In this document: positions 27,309 to 37,220 of the stretch, one piece after another | Layout: the number at the start of each line of letters is the position of its first letter | Numbering within the stretch: position 1 is the stretch's first letter | Assembly: GCA_902529785.1 (NCBI GenBank) | Contig: CABZXV010000001.1 | Location: 22,215-86,214, forward strand | DNA from: an uncultured Pelagibacteraceae bacterium | Lineage (GTDB): Bacteria; Pseudomonadota; Alphaproteobacteria; Pelagibacterales; Pelagibacteraceae | Direction: 5' to 3' | DNA length: 64,000 bases | The notes under the pieces: generated by a model | What the model was told of the DNA's origin: nothing | The model's input: the letters and a program-made list of their open reading frames with translations, nothing else | The model's database searches: none | Position numbers and translations under genes: made by a program

Positions 27309-27863
27309 TTATATTTTTGGAAGTGTAACTCCCTTTTGACCCTGATATTTACCATTTCTATCCGCATACGAAACCAACGGGTCTTCATTGCCTTTGATGA
27401 AAACAAATTGAGCAACTCCTTCATTAGCATAAATTTTTGCTGGTAATGGAGTAGTATTAGAAAATTCTAAAGTCACATGCCCTTCCCATCCTGGCTCAAG
27501 AGGTGTAACATTAACTATTATTCCACATCTTGCATAGGTAGATTTTCCTAAACATATAACTAAAACATTTTTTGGAATTTTAAAATATTCTACTGTTCTT
27601 GCTAATACAAAAGAATTAGGTGGTATTATACATTCTGATGAGTTTTTAGTAATAAAATTAGAAGATTTAAAATTTTTGGGGTCAACAATCTCGGAATTTA
27701 CATTTGTAAAAATTTTAAATTCATTAGAAACTCTTGCATCGTAGCCATATGATGACACACCAAATGATATTTTATCCCCTCTGACTTGCTTATCTTCAAA
27801 AGGCGAGATCATATCGTAATCTCGCGACATTTGTATAATCCATTTATCAGATTGAACTGACAT
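27309..27863 (-). CDS. dcd: dCTP deaminase
   Basis: Motifs [31 protein letters not shown]. Confidence 0.96.
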   Translation of the reverse strand: MSVQSDKWIIQMSRDYDMISPFEDKQVRGDKISFGVSSYGYDARVSNEFKIFTNVNSEIVDPKNFKSSNFITKNSSECIIPPNSFVLARTVEYFKIPKNVLVICLGKSTYARCGIIVNVTPLEPGWEGHVTLEFSNTTPLPAKIYANEGVAQFVFIKGNEDPLVSYADRNGKYQGQKGVTLPKI

Positions 27864-27967
27864 TATTTATTTTTTTTCTTTGTTTTTTTTTGAAATTCTT
27901 TTCTTTTTTTTAAATTTTTTCTTAAAGCAAGTTCTAGTTTGCTAAAATTATTCTTTTTTGAACTCAT
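27863..27967 (-). CDS. Small basic protein missed by the ORF track (34 aa, [34 protein letters not shown])
   Basis: Fills the gap exactly: 3 nt after the upstream stop, with a TAATG overlap onto dcd. L..ALR.NLK.RK resembles a small alphaproteobacterial protein I recall near dcd/murA. Confidence 0.7.
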   Translation of the reverse strand: MSSKKNNFSKLELALRKNLKKRKEFQKKTKKKNK

Positions 27968-27970
27968 TAT

Positions 27971-28168
27971 TTATTTTTTGTCAGGATTTGTAAGATGATC
28001 AAGAGTTATAACTTGATCGATAGGAATAGTTTTATCTTTCTCTATTTTAACTGGGCCAGTTTTCACCTGCTTCTTAGCTCTTTTTTCTGCAAGCTTTTTT
28101 TCTCTTTTTGCTTTTTTCTCCATAAGCTTCGCATTTTTATTAGCTCCATATGTATAGTGAATTCCCAT
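27971..28168 (-). CDS. Small Lys-rich hypothetical protein (65 aa)
   Basis: AAGGA SD upstream, co-oriented with the dcd-murA operon; helical segment EKKAKREKKLAEKRAKK. Confidence 0.65.
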   Translation of the reverse strand: MGIHYTYGANKNAKLMEKKAKREKKLAEKRAKKQVKTGPVKIEKDKTIPIDQVITLDHLTNPDKK

Positions 28169-28262
28169 AACATTTTCCTTGAATAGATATAACGTATTTT
28201 TAAAAAAAAATAAGGCAATAATTTGAAAATTTCAAATTTATACACTAATTATTATAAATATT

Positions 28263-28336
28263 GCCCTTGTAGTTTTAATGTTAAAACAGGCCCTTGGTAA
28301 GGGTCAGTTACGAGTTAGATTCTCGTCGAGGGCACC
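28263..28336 (+). tRNA. tRNA-Thr(GGT) with non-canonical D/T loops; 3' end encoded as CCG
   Basis: Acceptor GCCCTTG/CGAGGGC; anticodon arm GGCCC-TTGGTAA-GGGTC; T arm ACGAG-TTAGATT-CTCGT. Confidence 0.88.
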
Positions 28337-28340
28337 GCTA

Positions 28341-29060
28341 TCATTTTGTGTAAAATTTTTTTCTTAACAAAAACCCAATTACAACCAAAACTGTAATTCC
28401 CAAAATTGGTGTGTAAATATCTGGAGAAAATATTAATTCTAAAATGCTAGGCACCTCAGAGTTTTCCTCTAGAATCTTGTTCAAACCTGCACCAAGAGAT
28501 GCTCCAACAAATAATTGTGGGGTCATTCCAATTATTGACCCAAAAAAAAAGTTTCTAACTTTAACATTAAAAATTGTTGGTAAAATATTTGAAATAAAAA
28601 AAGGAATACCGCCTATAAATCTATAAATAAGAAAAAAAATAAATTCGTTCCTTTTAAACTTTTCAGTCAAATTACTAAAACGTGATGAAAATTTCTTCTC
28701 AACTAAATCTTTTAAAAAGTAATTAGCAAATACATATAAAAGTGTTGCACCAATAGATAATCCAAATACTACAAGAAAAGTTCCTAACCACTTTCCAAAA
28801 ATAAAACCACCAACTAAAAATACAGGCGACCCAAAACCCAATAAAAGAACCCACACTATAGTGCCTAATAAAAAAATAATACTTGAGATAAAAATATTAC
28901 TATTTTTAACTTCTTCCAAAGCATTTCTGTTTTCTCTTATTAGTTCATAACTAGAAAAATCCTGAAATGAAAATTTGTTAAAAAAAAACAATAAAAAAAC
29001 AAATACTATCAAAATGTAGGCAGAGCCTAAAAATACTTTAATTTTTTTTTCTCTATTCAT
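28341..29060 (-). CDS. TVP38/TMEM64 (VTT/DedA) family membrane protein
   Basis: Motifs GGFIFG, GATLLY, RFIGGIPF, FFFGSIIGMTP. Confidence 0.85.
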   Translation of the reverse strand: MNREKKIKVFLGSAYILIVFVFLLFFFNKFSFQDFSSYELIRENRNALEEVKNSNIFISSIIFLLGTIVWVLLLGFGSPVFLVGGFIFGKWLGTFLVVFGLSIGATLLYVFANYFLKDLVEKKFSSRFSNLTEKFKRNEFIFFLIYRFIGGIPFFISNILPTIFNVKVRNFFFGSIIGMTPQLFVGASLGAGLNKILEENSEVPSILELIFSPDIYTPILGITVLVVIGFLLRKKFYTK

Positions 29061-29142
29061 TGATTTTTAACTTATTAAAAATCACTGTACTTATATACAT
29101 ATATTTGTATAACTACCAAAATTTAACAATAATTAAACAACA

Positions 29143-29280
29143 ATGAAACGTACATATCAACCAAGTAATAGAAAAAGAAAAAAGGCTGTTGGCTTTAGAG
29201 CTAAAAGAAAAACTAAAGGTGGAAGAAAAGTATTAAAAAGAAGAAGGGCTAAAGGAAGAAAAAAATTAACAAACGCTTAA
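29143..29280 (+). CDS. rpmH: 50S ribosomal protein L34 (missed by the ORF track)
   Basis: [45 protein letters not shown]; precedes rnpA. Confidence 0.97.
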   Translation: MKRTYQPSNRKRKKAVGFRAKRKTKGGRKVLKRRRAKGRKKLTNA

Positions 29281-29621
29281 TGAAAAAAAAGATTGTTAGC
29301 CTTTCTAAAAACGACGACTTTAAGTCAATTCTTAGTGGAAATAAAATTTCTAATAAGTATTTAACGATTTTCTTTAAAAAACTTTCAGATAAAAATAATA
29401 GCAGATTAAATATTAGCTTTGTAGCTAAAAAAAAAATAGGAAATGCCGTTATTAGAAATAGAATTAAAAGAAGATTAAGAAATATAATGAATGAAGCTTT
29501 AAAAACAATTAATATTAATCTAAGTTATTGCTATTTATTGATTGCAAGAATATCAGTTAACAATGATCCTTATGAGAAAATAAAAATGGTAACACTTGAG
29601 GATTTTAAAAAGATTAAATGA
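29280..29621 (+). CDS. rnpA: RNase P protein component
   Basis: RNR motif KKIGNAVIRNRIKRRLR. Confidence 0.93.
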   Translation: MKKKIVSLSKNDDFKSILSGNKISNKYLTIFFKKLSDKNNSRLNISFVAKKKIGNAVIRNRIKRRLRNIMNEALKTININLSYCYLLIARISVNNDPYEKIKMVTLEDFKKIK

Positions 29622-29860
29622 TTAAACTTATTAAATATTTAATGATCAAAACTATCAAATTATATCAAATAGTAATATCCCCATTTTTAGGAAACAACTG
29701 TAGATATCTTCCGACATGTTCAGATTATTTTATAGAAAATCTAAAAGAGAATGGAATTTTTAAAGGAAGTATTAACGGTTTCAGAAGAATTCTAAGTTGT
29801 CACCCTGTAAAATTTTTGGGTGGTGGTGAAGGATTTGATCCTGTCAAAAAGAAAAAGTAG
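29618..29860 (+). CDS. yidD: Membrane protein insertion efficiency factor
   Basis: Motifs YQIVISP, CRYLPTCS, RILSCHP, GGGEGFDPV. Confidence 0.93.
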   Translation: MIKLIKYLMIKTIKLYQIVISPFLGNNCRYLPTCSDYFIENLKENGIFKGSINGFRRILSCHPVKFLGGGEGFDPVKKKK

Positions 29861-29863
29861 TTT

Positions 29864-31546
29864 ATGGATACAAAAAATGTAATTGCAGCAATATCTTTAA
29901 GTGCAGCTGTCATAATACTTTATAGTTTATTCTTTGCTCCTCCTGTTGTGGATCAAAAAAATATCTCAAATGATAAAAAAACTTCTAGTCAAAATTCTTC
30001 ATCAGATGCACCCTCATTAGTTCAAGATGAGAAAATAATTAAGATTTCAAGAGATGAAGCTTTAGAGGAGAATGAAAGAGTTTTATTCGAAAATGATAAA
30101 ATTAAAGGTTCAATTTCATTGCTCGGTTCATCTATTGACGACTTAACATTTAAGAAATACACAAACACTCTAAATGGAAATGATAATGTTGTCTTGTTAA
30201 ATCCTAAACAATCTGAAAATGGATACTATGTAGAAACTGGTTGGGCAACAACTAATAAAAATATTGATCTACCAAATTCAAAAACATTGTGGAAGATTGA
30301 AGGAAATAGGAAACTTACACCAAATTCGTCTATAAAATTAAGTTGGAAAAATAATCAGAATATCAAATTTATTAAAGAAATAAGTATTGATAATCAATAT
30401 CTTTTCGACATTAAACAAACTATAGAAAATAATTCTGATAAAACTTATAATTTTTATCCTTACGGTCAAATCATAAGAAATATTGCTCCAGAAGTAACAA
30501 ATTTTTATATTTTGCATGAGGGACTAATTGGTGTTTTTGACGATCAATTGGTTGAAGAGGATTATGATGATATAGAGGAAAAAAAATACTCTATAAATGC
30601 GAATACTGGATGGCTAGGTATTACAGATAAATACTGGATTGCAAGTCTTATTCCAGAAAATGGGAAGAGTTTCAGGTCTGATTTTGATTATAAGAATAAA
30701 TTTAGAGCAAATTTTATAGAGACAGATGCAACTGAAATTGGAGCTAATGAAATAAAAACTAATTCTATCAGAGCAATAGTGGCGGCAAAAGAAGTTAACG
30801 TTATTGATGGTTATGCTGAAACTGAAAATATCAGCAAGTTTGATTTGGCTATAGATTGGGGATGGTTCTACTTTATAGTGAAACCTTTATTTTTTGCAAT
30901 TCAATATTTCTTTAATCTTGCTGGTAATTTTGGAATAGCAATTATTATGATTACTGCTTGTATTAGATTAGTATTTTTTCCACTTGCTAATTACTCATTT
31001 AAATCAATGGCTAAAATGAAAGTCCTCCAACCAGAAATGACAAGGCTAAAAGAGTTACATAAAGAGGATAAAATGAAACTTCAACAAGAAATGATGGCAT
31101 TGTACAAAAGAGAGAAAGTTAATCCAATCAGCGGGTGCCTTCCAATTTTCATACAAATTCCATTCTTCTTTGCCATCTATAAGGTTTTATTTGTAACTAT
31201 TGAAATGAGACATCAGCCGTTTTTTGGTTGGATAAAAGACTTAAGTGAAAGGGATCCTACTTCTATATTTAATTTGTTTGGTTTAATTCCATGGGACCCT
31301 CCTTCTTTTTTACTTATTGGTGTTTGGCCATGTTTAATGGGTGTTTCAATGTGGATGCAACAAAAACTAAATCCAACACCGCCTGATCCTGTTCAAGCAA
31401 AAATATTTATGTTTTTCCCTTTATTTTTAACAGTAATATTAGCTCCTTTCCCAGCTGGACTAGTCATTTACTGGACTATAAATAACATATTAACAATGGC
31501 TCAACAGTACATCATCATTAAGAGAACGACTGTCAAAACCGTTTAA
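29864..31546 (+). CDS. yidC: Membrane protein insertase YidC
   Basis: Motifs IDWGWF, SMAKMKVLQP, VNPISGCLP, GLVIYW. Confidence 0.97.
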   Translation: MDTKNVIAAISLSAAVIILYSLFFAPPVVDQKNISNDKKTSSQNSSSDAPSLVQDEKIIKISRDEALEENERVLFENDKIKGSISLLGSSIDDLTFKKYTNTLNGNDNVVLLNPKQSENGYYVETGWATTNKNIDLPNSKTLWKIEGNRKLTPNSSIKLSWKNNQNIKFIKEISIDNQYLFDIKQTIENNSDKTYNFYPYGQIIRNIAPEVTNFYILHEGLIGVFDDQLVEEDYDDIEEKKYSINANTGWLGITDKYWIASLIPENGKSFRSDFDYKNKFRANFIETDATEIGANEIKTNSIRAIVAAKEVNVIDGYAETENISKFDLAIDWGWFYFIVKPLFFAIQYFFNLAGNFGIAIIMITACIRLVFFPLANYSFKSMAKMKVLQPEMTRLKELHKEDKMKLQQEMMALYKREKVNPISGCLPIFIQIPFFFAIYKVLFVTIEMRHQPFFGWIKDLSERDPTSIFNLFGLIPWDPPSFLLIGVWPCLMGVSMWMQQKLNPTPPDPVQAKIFMFFPLFLTVILAPFPAGLVIYWTINNILTMAQQYIIIKRTTVKTV

Positions 31547-31548
31547 AA

Positions 31549-32397
31549 ATGGAAATAGAGAAAATAGTACCTAAGGATGGTCCTACAATCGATGAATTTA
31601 AAAAATACATAGATAAATATAAAGATCAGTTAATTGTAATTAAATATGGGGGGAATGTTTTTATTGATAGAAACATCTTTAATAATTTTATTTCAGATAT
31701 TAGTATTTTAAATAAATTAGGACTTTCTATAATCATAGTTCATGGAGGCGGACCCAGAATTAAAAGAGAATTAGATAAATCAAATATTCAATCAAAATTT
31801 ATAAGAGGATTAAGAGTTACAGATGAAAAAATTATTGACGTAGTTGAAAATGTCCTTATCGACTTTAATGAGGATATTGTAAATTCTTTAGTCGAAAAAG
31901 GTGCAAATGCAGTCTCTCTAAATACAAAGAAAAATAATGCTATTGAAGTTATTCCAGAAAGAGAGGAACTAGGATTTGTTGGTATTCCAAATAAAATAAA
32001 TGTAGACATAATAAAAGATATAATCAAAATAAATGCAGTGCCAATTATATCTCCTTTAGGTCTGGGGAAAAATAATCAAACATATAATATTAATGGAGAT
32101 ACAGCTGCAGGAGCTATAGCAAAATCTTTAAAATGTAGAAGATTATTATTAATGACTAATGTGGAAGGAGTTTTAAATAAAGAAAAAAAGCTTATCGAAG
32201 AGATAAACTCTTCTGAAATTTTAGAAATGATAAAAAATGAAATAATCACAGAGGGTATGATACCCAAAATTAATACATGCCTTGATGCGGTAATGAACGG
32301 GGTTACAGGAGTAGGAATCATAGATGGAAGAAAAAAACATTCAATTTTGTTCGAATTATTTTCAGATAAAGGTGCAGGAACATTAATAAGAAGATGA
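31549..32397 (+). CDS. argB: Acetylglutamate kinase
   Basis: Motifs VIKYGG, VHGGGP, GLRVTD, YNINGD, GMIPKI. Confidence 0.95.
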   Translation: MEIEKIVPKDGPTIDEFKKYIDKYKDQLIVIKYGGNVFIDRNIFNNFISDISILNKLGLSIIIVHGGGPRIKRELDKSNIQSKFIRGLRVTDEKIIDVVENVLIDFNEDIVNSLVEKGANAVSLNTKKNNAIEVIPEREELGFVGIPNKINVDIIKDIIKINAVPIISPLGLGKNNQTYNINGDTAAGAIAKSLKCRRLLLMTNVEGVLNKEKKLIEEINSSEILEMIKNEIITEGMIPKINTCLDAVMNGVTGVGIIDGRKKHSILFELFSDKGAGTLIRR

Positions 32398-33056
32398 AGC
32401 ACATAAAAAATATCTTATTCGATTGTGACGGTGTTCTTTATCAAGATCTAGAGGCAGTATTTGGTCAAGTAAGCAAAAGAATGACGCAGTATATTTCAAA
32501 AAAATTAAAGATTGATTTAAAAGAAGCAAAAGAACTACAAACCAATTATTTTCACAAATACAACACAAGTCTGAACGGATTAATGATACACCATGATATT
32601 CCCCCAACAGAATTTTTACAATTTGTTCATGATATTGATCTATCTTTCATGGAGAAAGACATTGTTTTAAGAGAAGAAATAAAAAAATTAGATCTAAGAA
32701 AATTTGTTTTTACTAATGGAAGCAAGAAACATGTTAAAAATATTACTTCACACTTAGGCATAGATGACTTATTTGATGATGTATTTGATATTGTTGATGC
32801 TGATTATCATCCAAAACCAGCCGCAAAAGCATTCGATTTAATGGTTAAAAAATTTGATATTAATCCAAAAGAGACGATTTATATTGAAGATATTGCAAAA
32901 AATTTGTCAATTGGAAAAGAAAGAGGAGCTACAACAGTTTGGCTAATCAATAACGAGTATTGGGGAAAAAAGGAATCTAACAAAGAATATATTGACTACA
33001 AAATAGAAAATCTCTCTTTATTTTTAAAAGAAATAAGGTTATTAAAAAACTCGTAA
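32394..33056 (+). CDS. Pyrimidine 5'-nucleotidase (HAD family)
   Basis: Motifs [24 protein letters not shown]; lies between argB and dapD. Confidence 0.87.
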   Translation: MKHIKNILFDCDGVLYQDLEAVFGQVSKRMTQYISKKLKIDLKEAKELQTNYFHKYNTSLNGLMIHHDIPPTEFLQFVHDIDLSFMEKDIVLREEIKKLDLRKFVFTNGSKKHVKNITSHLGIDDLFDDVFDIVDADYHPKPAAKAFDLMVKKFDINPKETIYIEDIAKNLSIGKERGATTVWLINNEYWGKKESNKEYIDYKIENLSLFLKEIRLLKNS

Positions 33057-33060
33057 AATT

Positions 33061-33888
33061 ATGAGTATAGAAAATATTATAAATGATGCTTGGGAAAATA
33101 GAGATCAAGTAAACCCGTCATCTGAACAGTCTCTTAAAGATACAATAAATCAAGTTATCGATGATTTAGATAATGGTAGATCGAGAGTGGCTGAGAAAAT
33201 AAATGGTGAGTGGGTAACTCATCAACATTTAAAAAAGGCAATCATGTTGAGTTTCAGATTATATCCTATGGAAAATTTGAATGGTCCTTACAGTAGTTGG
33301 TATGATAAATCGCATTTACTTAAAGGTAAAACAGCAGGATGGACAAAAGAAGATCATGAAAAAGCTGGTTTTAGAATGGTACCTAACTCTCCAGTAAGGA
33401 AAGGAAGTTTTGTAGGCAAAAATGCAGTTTTAATGCCATGCTACGTTAATATTGGCGCATATATTGATGAAGGAACAATGATTGATACATTTGCAAGAGC
33501 AGGAAGCTGCAGCCAAATAGGAAAAAATTGTCATATCTCTGCAGGATCAGGTGTGGGTGGTGTATTAGAACCTGCACAAGCACTTCCGACAATTATAGAA
33601 GATAATGTTTTTTTGGGTGCAATGTCTGAAGTTGTAGAGGGTGTAATTGTAGGAGAAGGATCTGTTCTAAGTATGGGAATGTACATTGGACAATCTACAA
33701 AAATTGTTAATAGAAAAACTGGTGAAATTACTTACGGAAAAATTCCTCCTTATTCAGTTGTGGTTCCAGGTTCACTTCCAGATAAAAATAATTCATCTGC
33801 ACCCTCTCTGTATTGTGCAGTAATAATCAAACAAGTTGATGAGAAAACTAGATCAAAAACTTCTATTAACGATCTCTTGAGAGAATAA
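33061..33888 (+). CDS. dapD: Tetrahydrodipicolinate N-succinyltransferase
   Basis: Motifs [41 protein letters not shown]. Confidence 0.96.
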   Translation: MSIENIINDAWENRDQVNPSSEQSLKDTINQVIDDLDNGRSRVAEKINGEWVTHQHLKKAIMLSFRLYPMENLNGPYSSWYDKSHLLKGKTAGWTKEDHEKAGFRMVPNSPVRKGSFVGKNAVLMPCYVNIGAYIDEGTMIDTFARAGSCSQIGKNCHISAGSGVGGVLEPAQALPTIIEDNVFLGAMSEVVEGVIVGEGSVLSMGMYIGQSTKIVNRKTGEITYGKIPPYSVVVPGSLPDKNNSSAPSLYCAVIIKQVDEKTRSKTSINDLLRE

Positions 33889-33893
33889 TTTAA

Positions 33894-35051
33894 ATGGCAA
33901 TTATAAATGAATTACAATTAGCAAAGGAGCTAATTAGATTTCCAACTGTAACTCCTAAAGATGCAGGAGTTATGAAATTTCTGGAAAAGAAGCTAAAAAA
34001 ACTTGGGTTTAAAACTAAAATTCTTGAGTTTAAAGAAAAAGGAAGTGAACCAGTTAAAAACCTATATGCAAGATTGGGAAATAAAGGTCCAAATTTTTGT
34101 TATGCAGGACATCTAGATGTTGTCCCTGCTGGAAATTTAAATGATTGGACGGTAAACCCATTTAAACCATCAATTAAAAAAGGTCATTTAATTGGTAGAG
34201 GAGCAAATGATATGAAAAGCTCAATCGCTGCATTTGTGTCTGCTGTTAGTATTTTTACTCAAAAAAATAGAGGGTTTAAGGGATCTGTAAGTCTTTTGAT
34301 TACTGGAGACGAGGAAGGCGTTGCTATTAATGGAACTAAAAAAGTTGTTGATTACCTAAAAAAGAGAAAAGAAAAAATAGATTTTTGCTTAGTTGGAGAG
34401 CCAACAAATCCAAATAAATTAGGAGAAATGATAAAAATTGGGCGAAGAGGTAGCATGACTGGTCGATTAACAATTACCGGTATACAAGGGCATGTAGCTT
34501 ATCCTCATAGAGCAAATAACCCTTCTACAACCATTGTTAAAATATTAAATGAACTTAAAGATATAAAATTTGACAAAGGTACAAAAGATTTTCAGCCTAC
34601 AAACCTGGAAATTACAAAAATTAATATACATAATATGGCTGATAATGTTATTCCTGGCATTGCTTACGCTACGTTTAATATAAGATTTAATAATAAGCAT
34701 ACTTCAAATTCAATCAAAAATAAGATCGAAAAGATTTTGAAAAAAGTCTGCAATAAAACTAAATCTAAATATAAAATTGATTATGCTGTTTCGGGAGAGG
34801 CTTTTCTCACAAAGCCAAATCATACGACTTTTATGATACAAAAAATTATAAAAGAAATAACCAAAATAAAACCAAAACTGTCAACAACTGGGGGTACCTC
34901 AGATGCTAGATTTATAAGAAAAATTGCCCCATGTTTAGAATTTGGCTTAGTTGGAAAAACAATGCATAAAGTTGATGAAGCAGTTTCATTGACTGATTTG
35001 AAAAAATTAAGCTTAATTTATTTAAATATTTTAAAACATTATTTTAAGTGA
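33894..35051 (+). CDS. dapE: Succinyl-diaminopimelate desuccinylase
   Basis: Motifs GHLDVVP, GRGANDMK, GDEE, QGHVAYP, GGTSDARF. Confidence 0.96.
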   Translation: MAIINELQLAKELIRFPTVTPKDAGVMKFLEKKLKKLGFKTKILEFKEKGSEPVKNLYARLGNKGPNFCYAGHLDVVPAGNLNDWTVNPFKPSIKKGHLIGRGANDMKSSIAAFVSAVSIFTQKNRGFKGSVSLLITGDEEGVAINGTKKVVDYLKKRKEKIDFCLVGEPTNPNKLGEMIKIGRRGSMTGRLTITGIQGHVAYPHRANNPSTTIVKILNELKDIKFDKGTKDFQPTNLEITKINIHNMADNVIPGIAYATFNIRFNNKHTSNSIKNKIEKILKKVCNKTKSKYKIDYAVSGEAFLTKPNHTTFMIQKIIKEITKIKPKLSTTGGTSDARFIRKIAPCLEFGLVGKTMHKVDEAVSLTDLKKLSLIYLNILKHYFK

Positions 35052-35977
35052 AGACTGGCCTAATAATATCAGATACCTATAAAAATCATGATACTGGAGA
35101 TGGTCATCCAGAAAAAATTGATAGGGTAACTGCGGTAATTGAGAATTTTAAAAAAATAGATGACAAAAATCTTATATGGAAAAAACCAGCAAAATTTAAT
35201 TTATCGCTTATCAATAAAACTCATTCTGAGGATTATGTGAATCAAGTAGAAAAGTCATTTCCTAAAAAAGGTTTAGTATTTTTAGACGGAGATACAATCA
35301 TTTCTCCTGGAAGCAAAGATGCAACAAAAGATGCAGTGGGCTCAATAATTACAGCAATAGATGGAGTAGAAAATAAAGAATTTAATAATGCATTTTGTGC
35401 TGTCAGACCACCTGGTCATCATGCTGAAAAAGATAAAGCTATGGGATTTTGTATTTATAATAATGTAGCTGTTGGTGCTAATTATTTAATTGAAAAATAT
35501 AATTACAACAAAATCGCTATAATTGATTTCGATGTTCACCATGGTAATGGAACACAAAATATTTTCTACGATAACGAAAAAGTTTTATATATTTCAACTC
35601 ACCAATACCCATACTACCCAGGTTCAGGATCGGAAAAAGAAAACGGAAATTTTGATAATGTTTTAAATATTCCACTTAAAGCTGGGACGACTTCTGAAGA
35701 ATATTTAAATGCCTACGAAATCGTTTTAAATAAATTAAAGAAATTCAAACCAGAATTTTTATTATTTTCTGCGGGTTTTGACGCACATATTGATGATCCT
35801 TTAGCGCAACTTATGCTAGTTTCAGAAGATTTTTACAAAATTACCAAAAGAACGTTAGAGTGTTCAAAGTCTTTTTGTAAAGGTAGAGTAGTTTCAATTC
35901 TTGAAGGTGGCTACGATTTAAAAGCATTACAAAACAGTACTAAACGACACGTTGATGCATTAATAGAATTTAATTGA
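35048..35977 (+). CDS. Zn-dependent histone-deacetylase family amidohydrolase
   Basis: Motifs HPE, RPPGHHA, GFC, DFDVHHGNGTQ, SAGFDAH, LEGGY; GTG start overlaps the dapE stop. Confidence 0.93.
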   Translation: MKTGLIISDTYKNHDTGDGHPEKIDRVTAVIENFKKIDDKNLIWKKPAKFNLSLINKTHSEDYVNQVEKSFPKKGLVFLDGDTIISPGSKDATKDAVGSIITAIDGVENKEFNNAFCAVRPPGHHAEKDKAMGFCIYNNVAVGANYLIEKYNYNKIAIIDFDVHHGNGTQNIFYDNEKVLYISTHQYPYYPGSGSEKENGNFDNVLNIPLKAGTTSEEYLNAYEIVLNKLKKFKPEFLLFSAGFDAHIDDPLAQLMLVSEDFYKITKRTLECSKSFCKGRVVSILEGGYDLKALQNSTKRHVDALIEFN

Positions 35978-36008
35978 TAATTTTTTTTTAAATAATATGT
36001 AAAGAAAT

Positions 36009-36488
36009 ATGAAACCATACAAAATTAAAAAGTCAGATATAGATAAAAAAGGGAAAGGACTTTATGCTACACGGGATATAAAAGAGGGTGAGAAGATAAT
36101 AGATTATATTGGAAAATTAATTACCAAGAAACAAACAGAAGAGTCCAATAAATACGATAATAGTAAACCTATATATTTATTTACTGTTAATAAAAAATAT
36201 GATCTAGATGGAGACTTTCCGTGGAATACAGCTGGACTAATAAATCACTCTTGTGAAAATAATTGTGATTATGATGGTAAAGGACTTAAGATTTGGGTCA
36301 AAGCAATTAAAGATATAAAAAAAGGTGAAGAACTAACTTGTGACTATGGTTTTGGCTATGATAAAGATTACAAACAATTTCCTTGTAAATGTAAATCAAA
36401 AAATTGTTGTGGCTATATTGTAAGAGCAGAGTCTAGGTGGAGAATTAACAAAAAATTCGCAATGGGAAATAAAAAAATTAGTATTTAA
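36009..36488 (+). CDS. SET-domain protein-lysine methyltransferase with post-SET Cys motif
   Basis: Motifs GKGLYAT, INHSC, GEELTCDYG, CKCKSKNC. Confidence 0.92.
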   Translation: MKPYKIKKSDIDKKGKGLYATRDIKEGEKIIDYIGKLITKKQTEESNKYDNSKPIYLFTVNKKYDLDGDFPWNTAGLINHSCENNCDYDGKGLKIWVKAIKDIKKGEELTCDYGFGYDKDYKQFPCKCKSKNCCGYIVRAESRWRINKKFAMGNKKISI

Positions 36489-37218
36489 TTTTTACTAAAT
36501 ACAATCCTTCAGGAGGTGCAGGAGGTGCACACAGTTTTCGATTCTTTGCCCTTAAAACATTCACAAATTTTTTAATTGACCATTTTTTTTCTCCGATAAA
36601 TTTCAAACAACCTACCATCGACCTTACTTGCTGTTTTAAATATGATTGTGATCTAAATTCAAATTCAATTTTACTTTTGAATTTTTTTATTTTTACAAAT
36701 TTCATAAATTTAATAGGACTTTTTGCATTACATCCCGAAGCTCTAAATGACGAAAAATCGTGAGTTCCAATTAATTTTTTTGCTCCCATTTTCATACTTT
36801 CAAAATCAAGTTTTTTTATAACAAACCACCCTCGATTATTTTGAATAATAGGCTTGGTTGGTTGATTATAAATAATATACTTATACACTCTCTCTTTTGC
36901 TGAAAAGCGTGCGTGAAAATTTAAATTTTGTTTTTTAATTTTCAAAATAGCTATTTCGTTTTTATTAAGAAAATAATTAATAGAATTTAAAAATTTTTTA
37001 AAATTTTTGATTTCATTCATACAATCGAAATGTGCAGATTGCTCAATAGCATGAACTCCGGTGTCTGTTCTCCCAGAACCAGTAACAATTATTTTTTCAT
37101 CTAGAAGTTTTGAAATCTTTTTTTGAATTAATCCTTGAATAGTTTTGCCTTTTTTTTGAATTTGCCATCCTATATAAGAGCTACCAACATACTCAATTAA
37201 AATTTGATAACGAAACAT
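36478..37218 (-). CDS. truA: tRNA pseudouridine(38-40) synthase
   Basis: Motifs GSGRTDTGVHA, FHARFSA, GTHDFSSFR, APPEGLYL. Confidence 0.96.
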   Translation of the reverse strand: MFRYQILIEYVGSSYIGWQIQKKGKTIQGLIQKKISKLLDEKIIVTGSGRTDTGVHAIEQSAHFDCMNEIKNFKKFLNSINYFLNKNEIAILKIKKQNLNFHARFSAKERVYKYIIYNQPTKPIIQNNRGWFVIKKLDFESMKMGAKKLIGTHDFSSFRASGCNAKSPIKFMKFVKIKKFKSKIEFEFRSQSYLKQQVRSMVGCLKFIGEKKWSIKKFVNVLRAKNRKLCAPPAPPEGLYLVKIKY

Positions 37219-37220
37219 AG

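Noticed and set aside
29061-29280. Replication origin next to rpmH
   Set aside because: No dnaA, dnaN or DnaA-box cluster is visible, and the upstream spacer is only about 80 bp.
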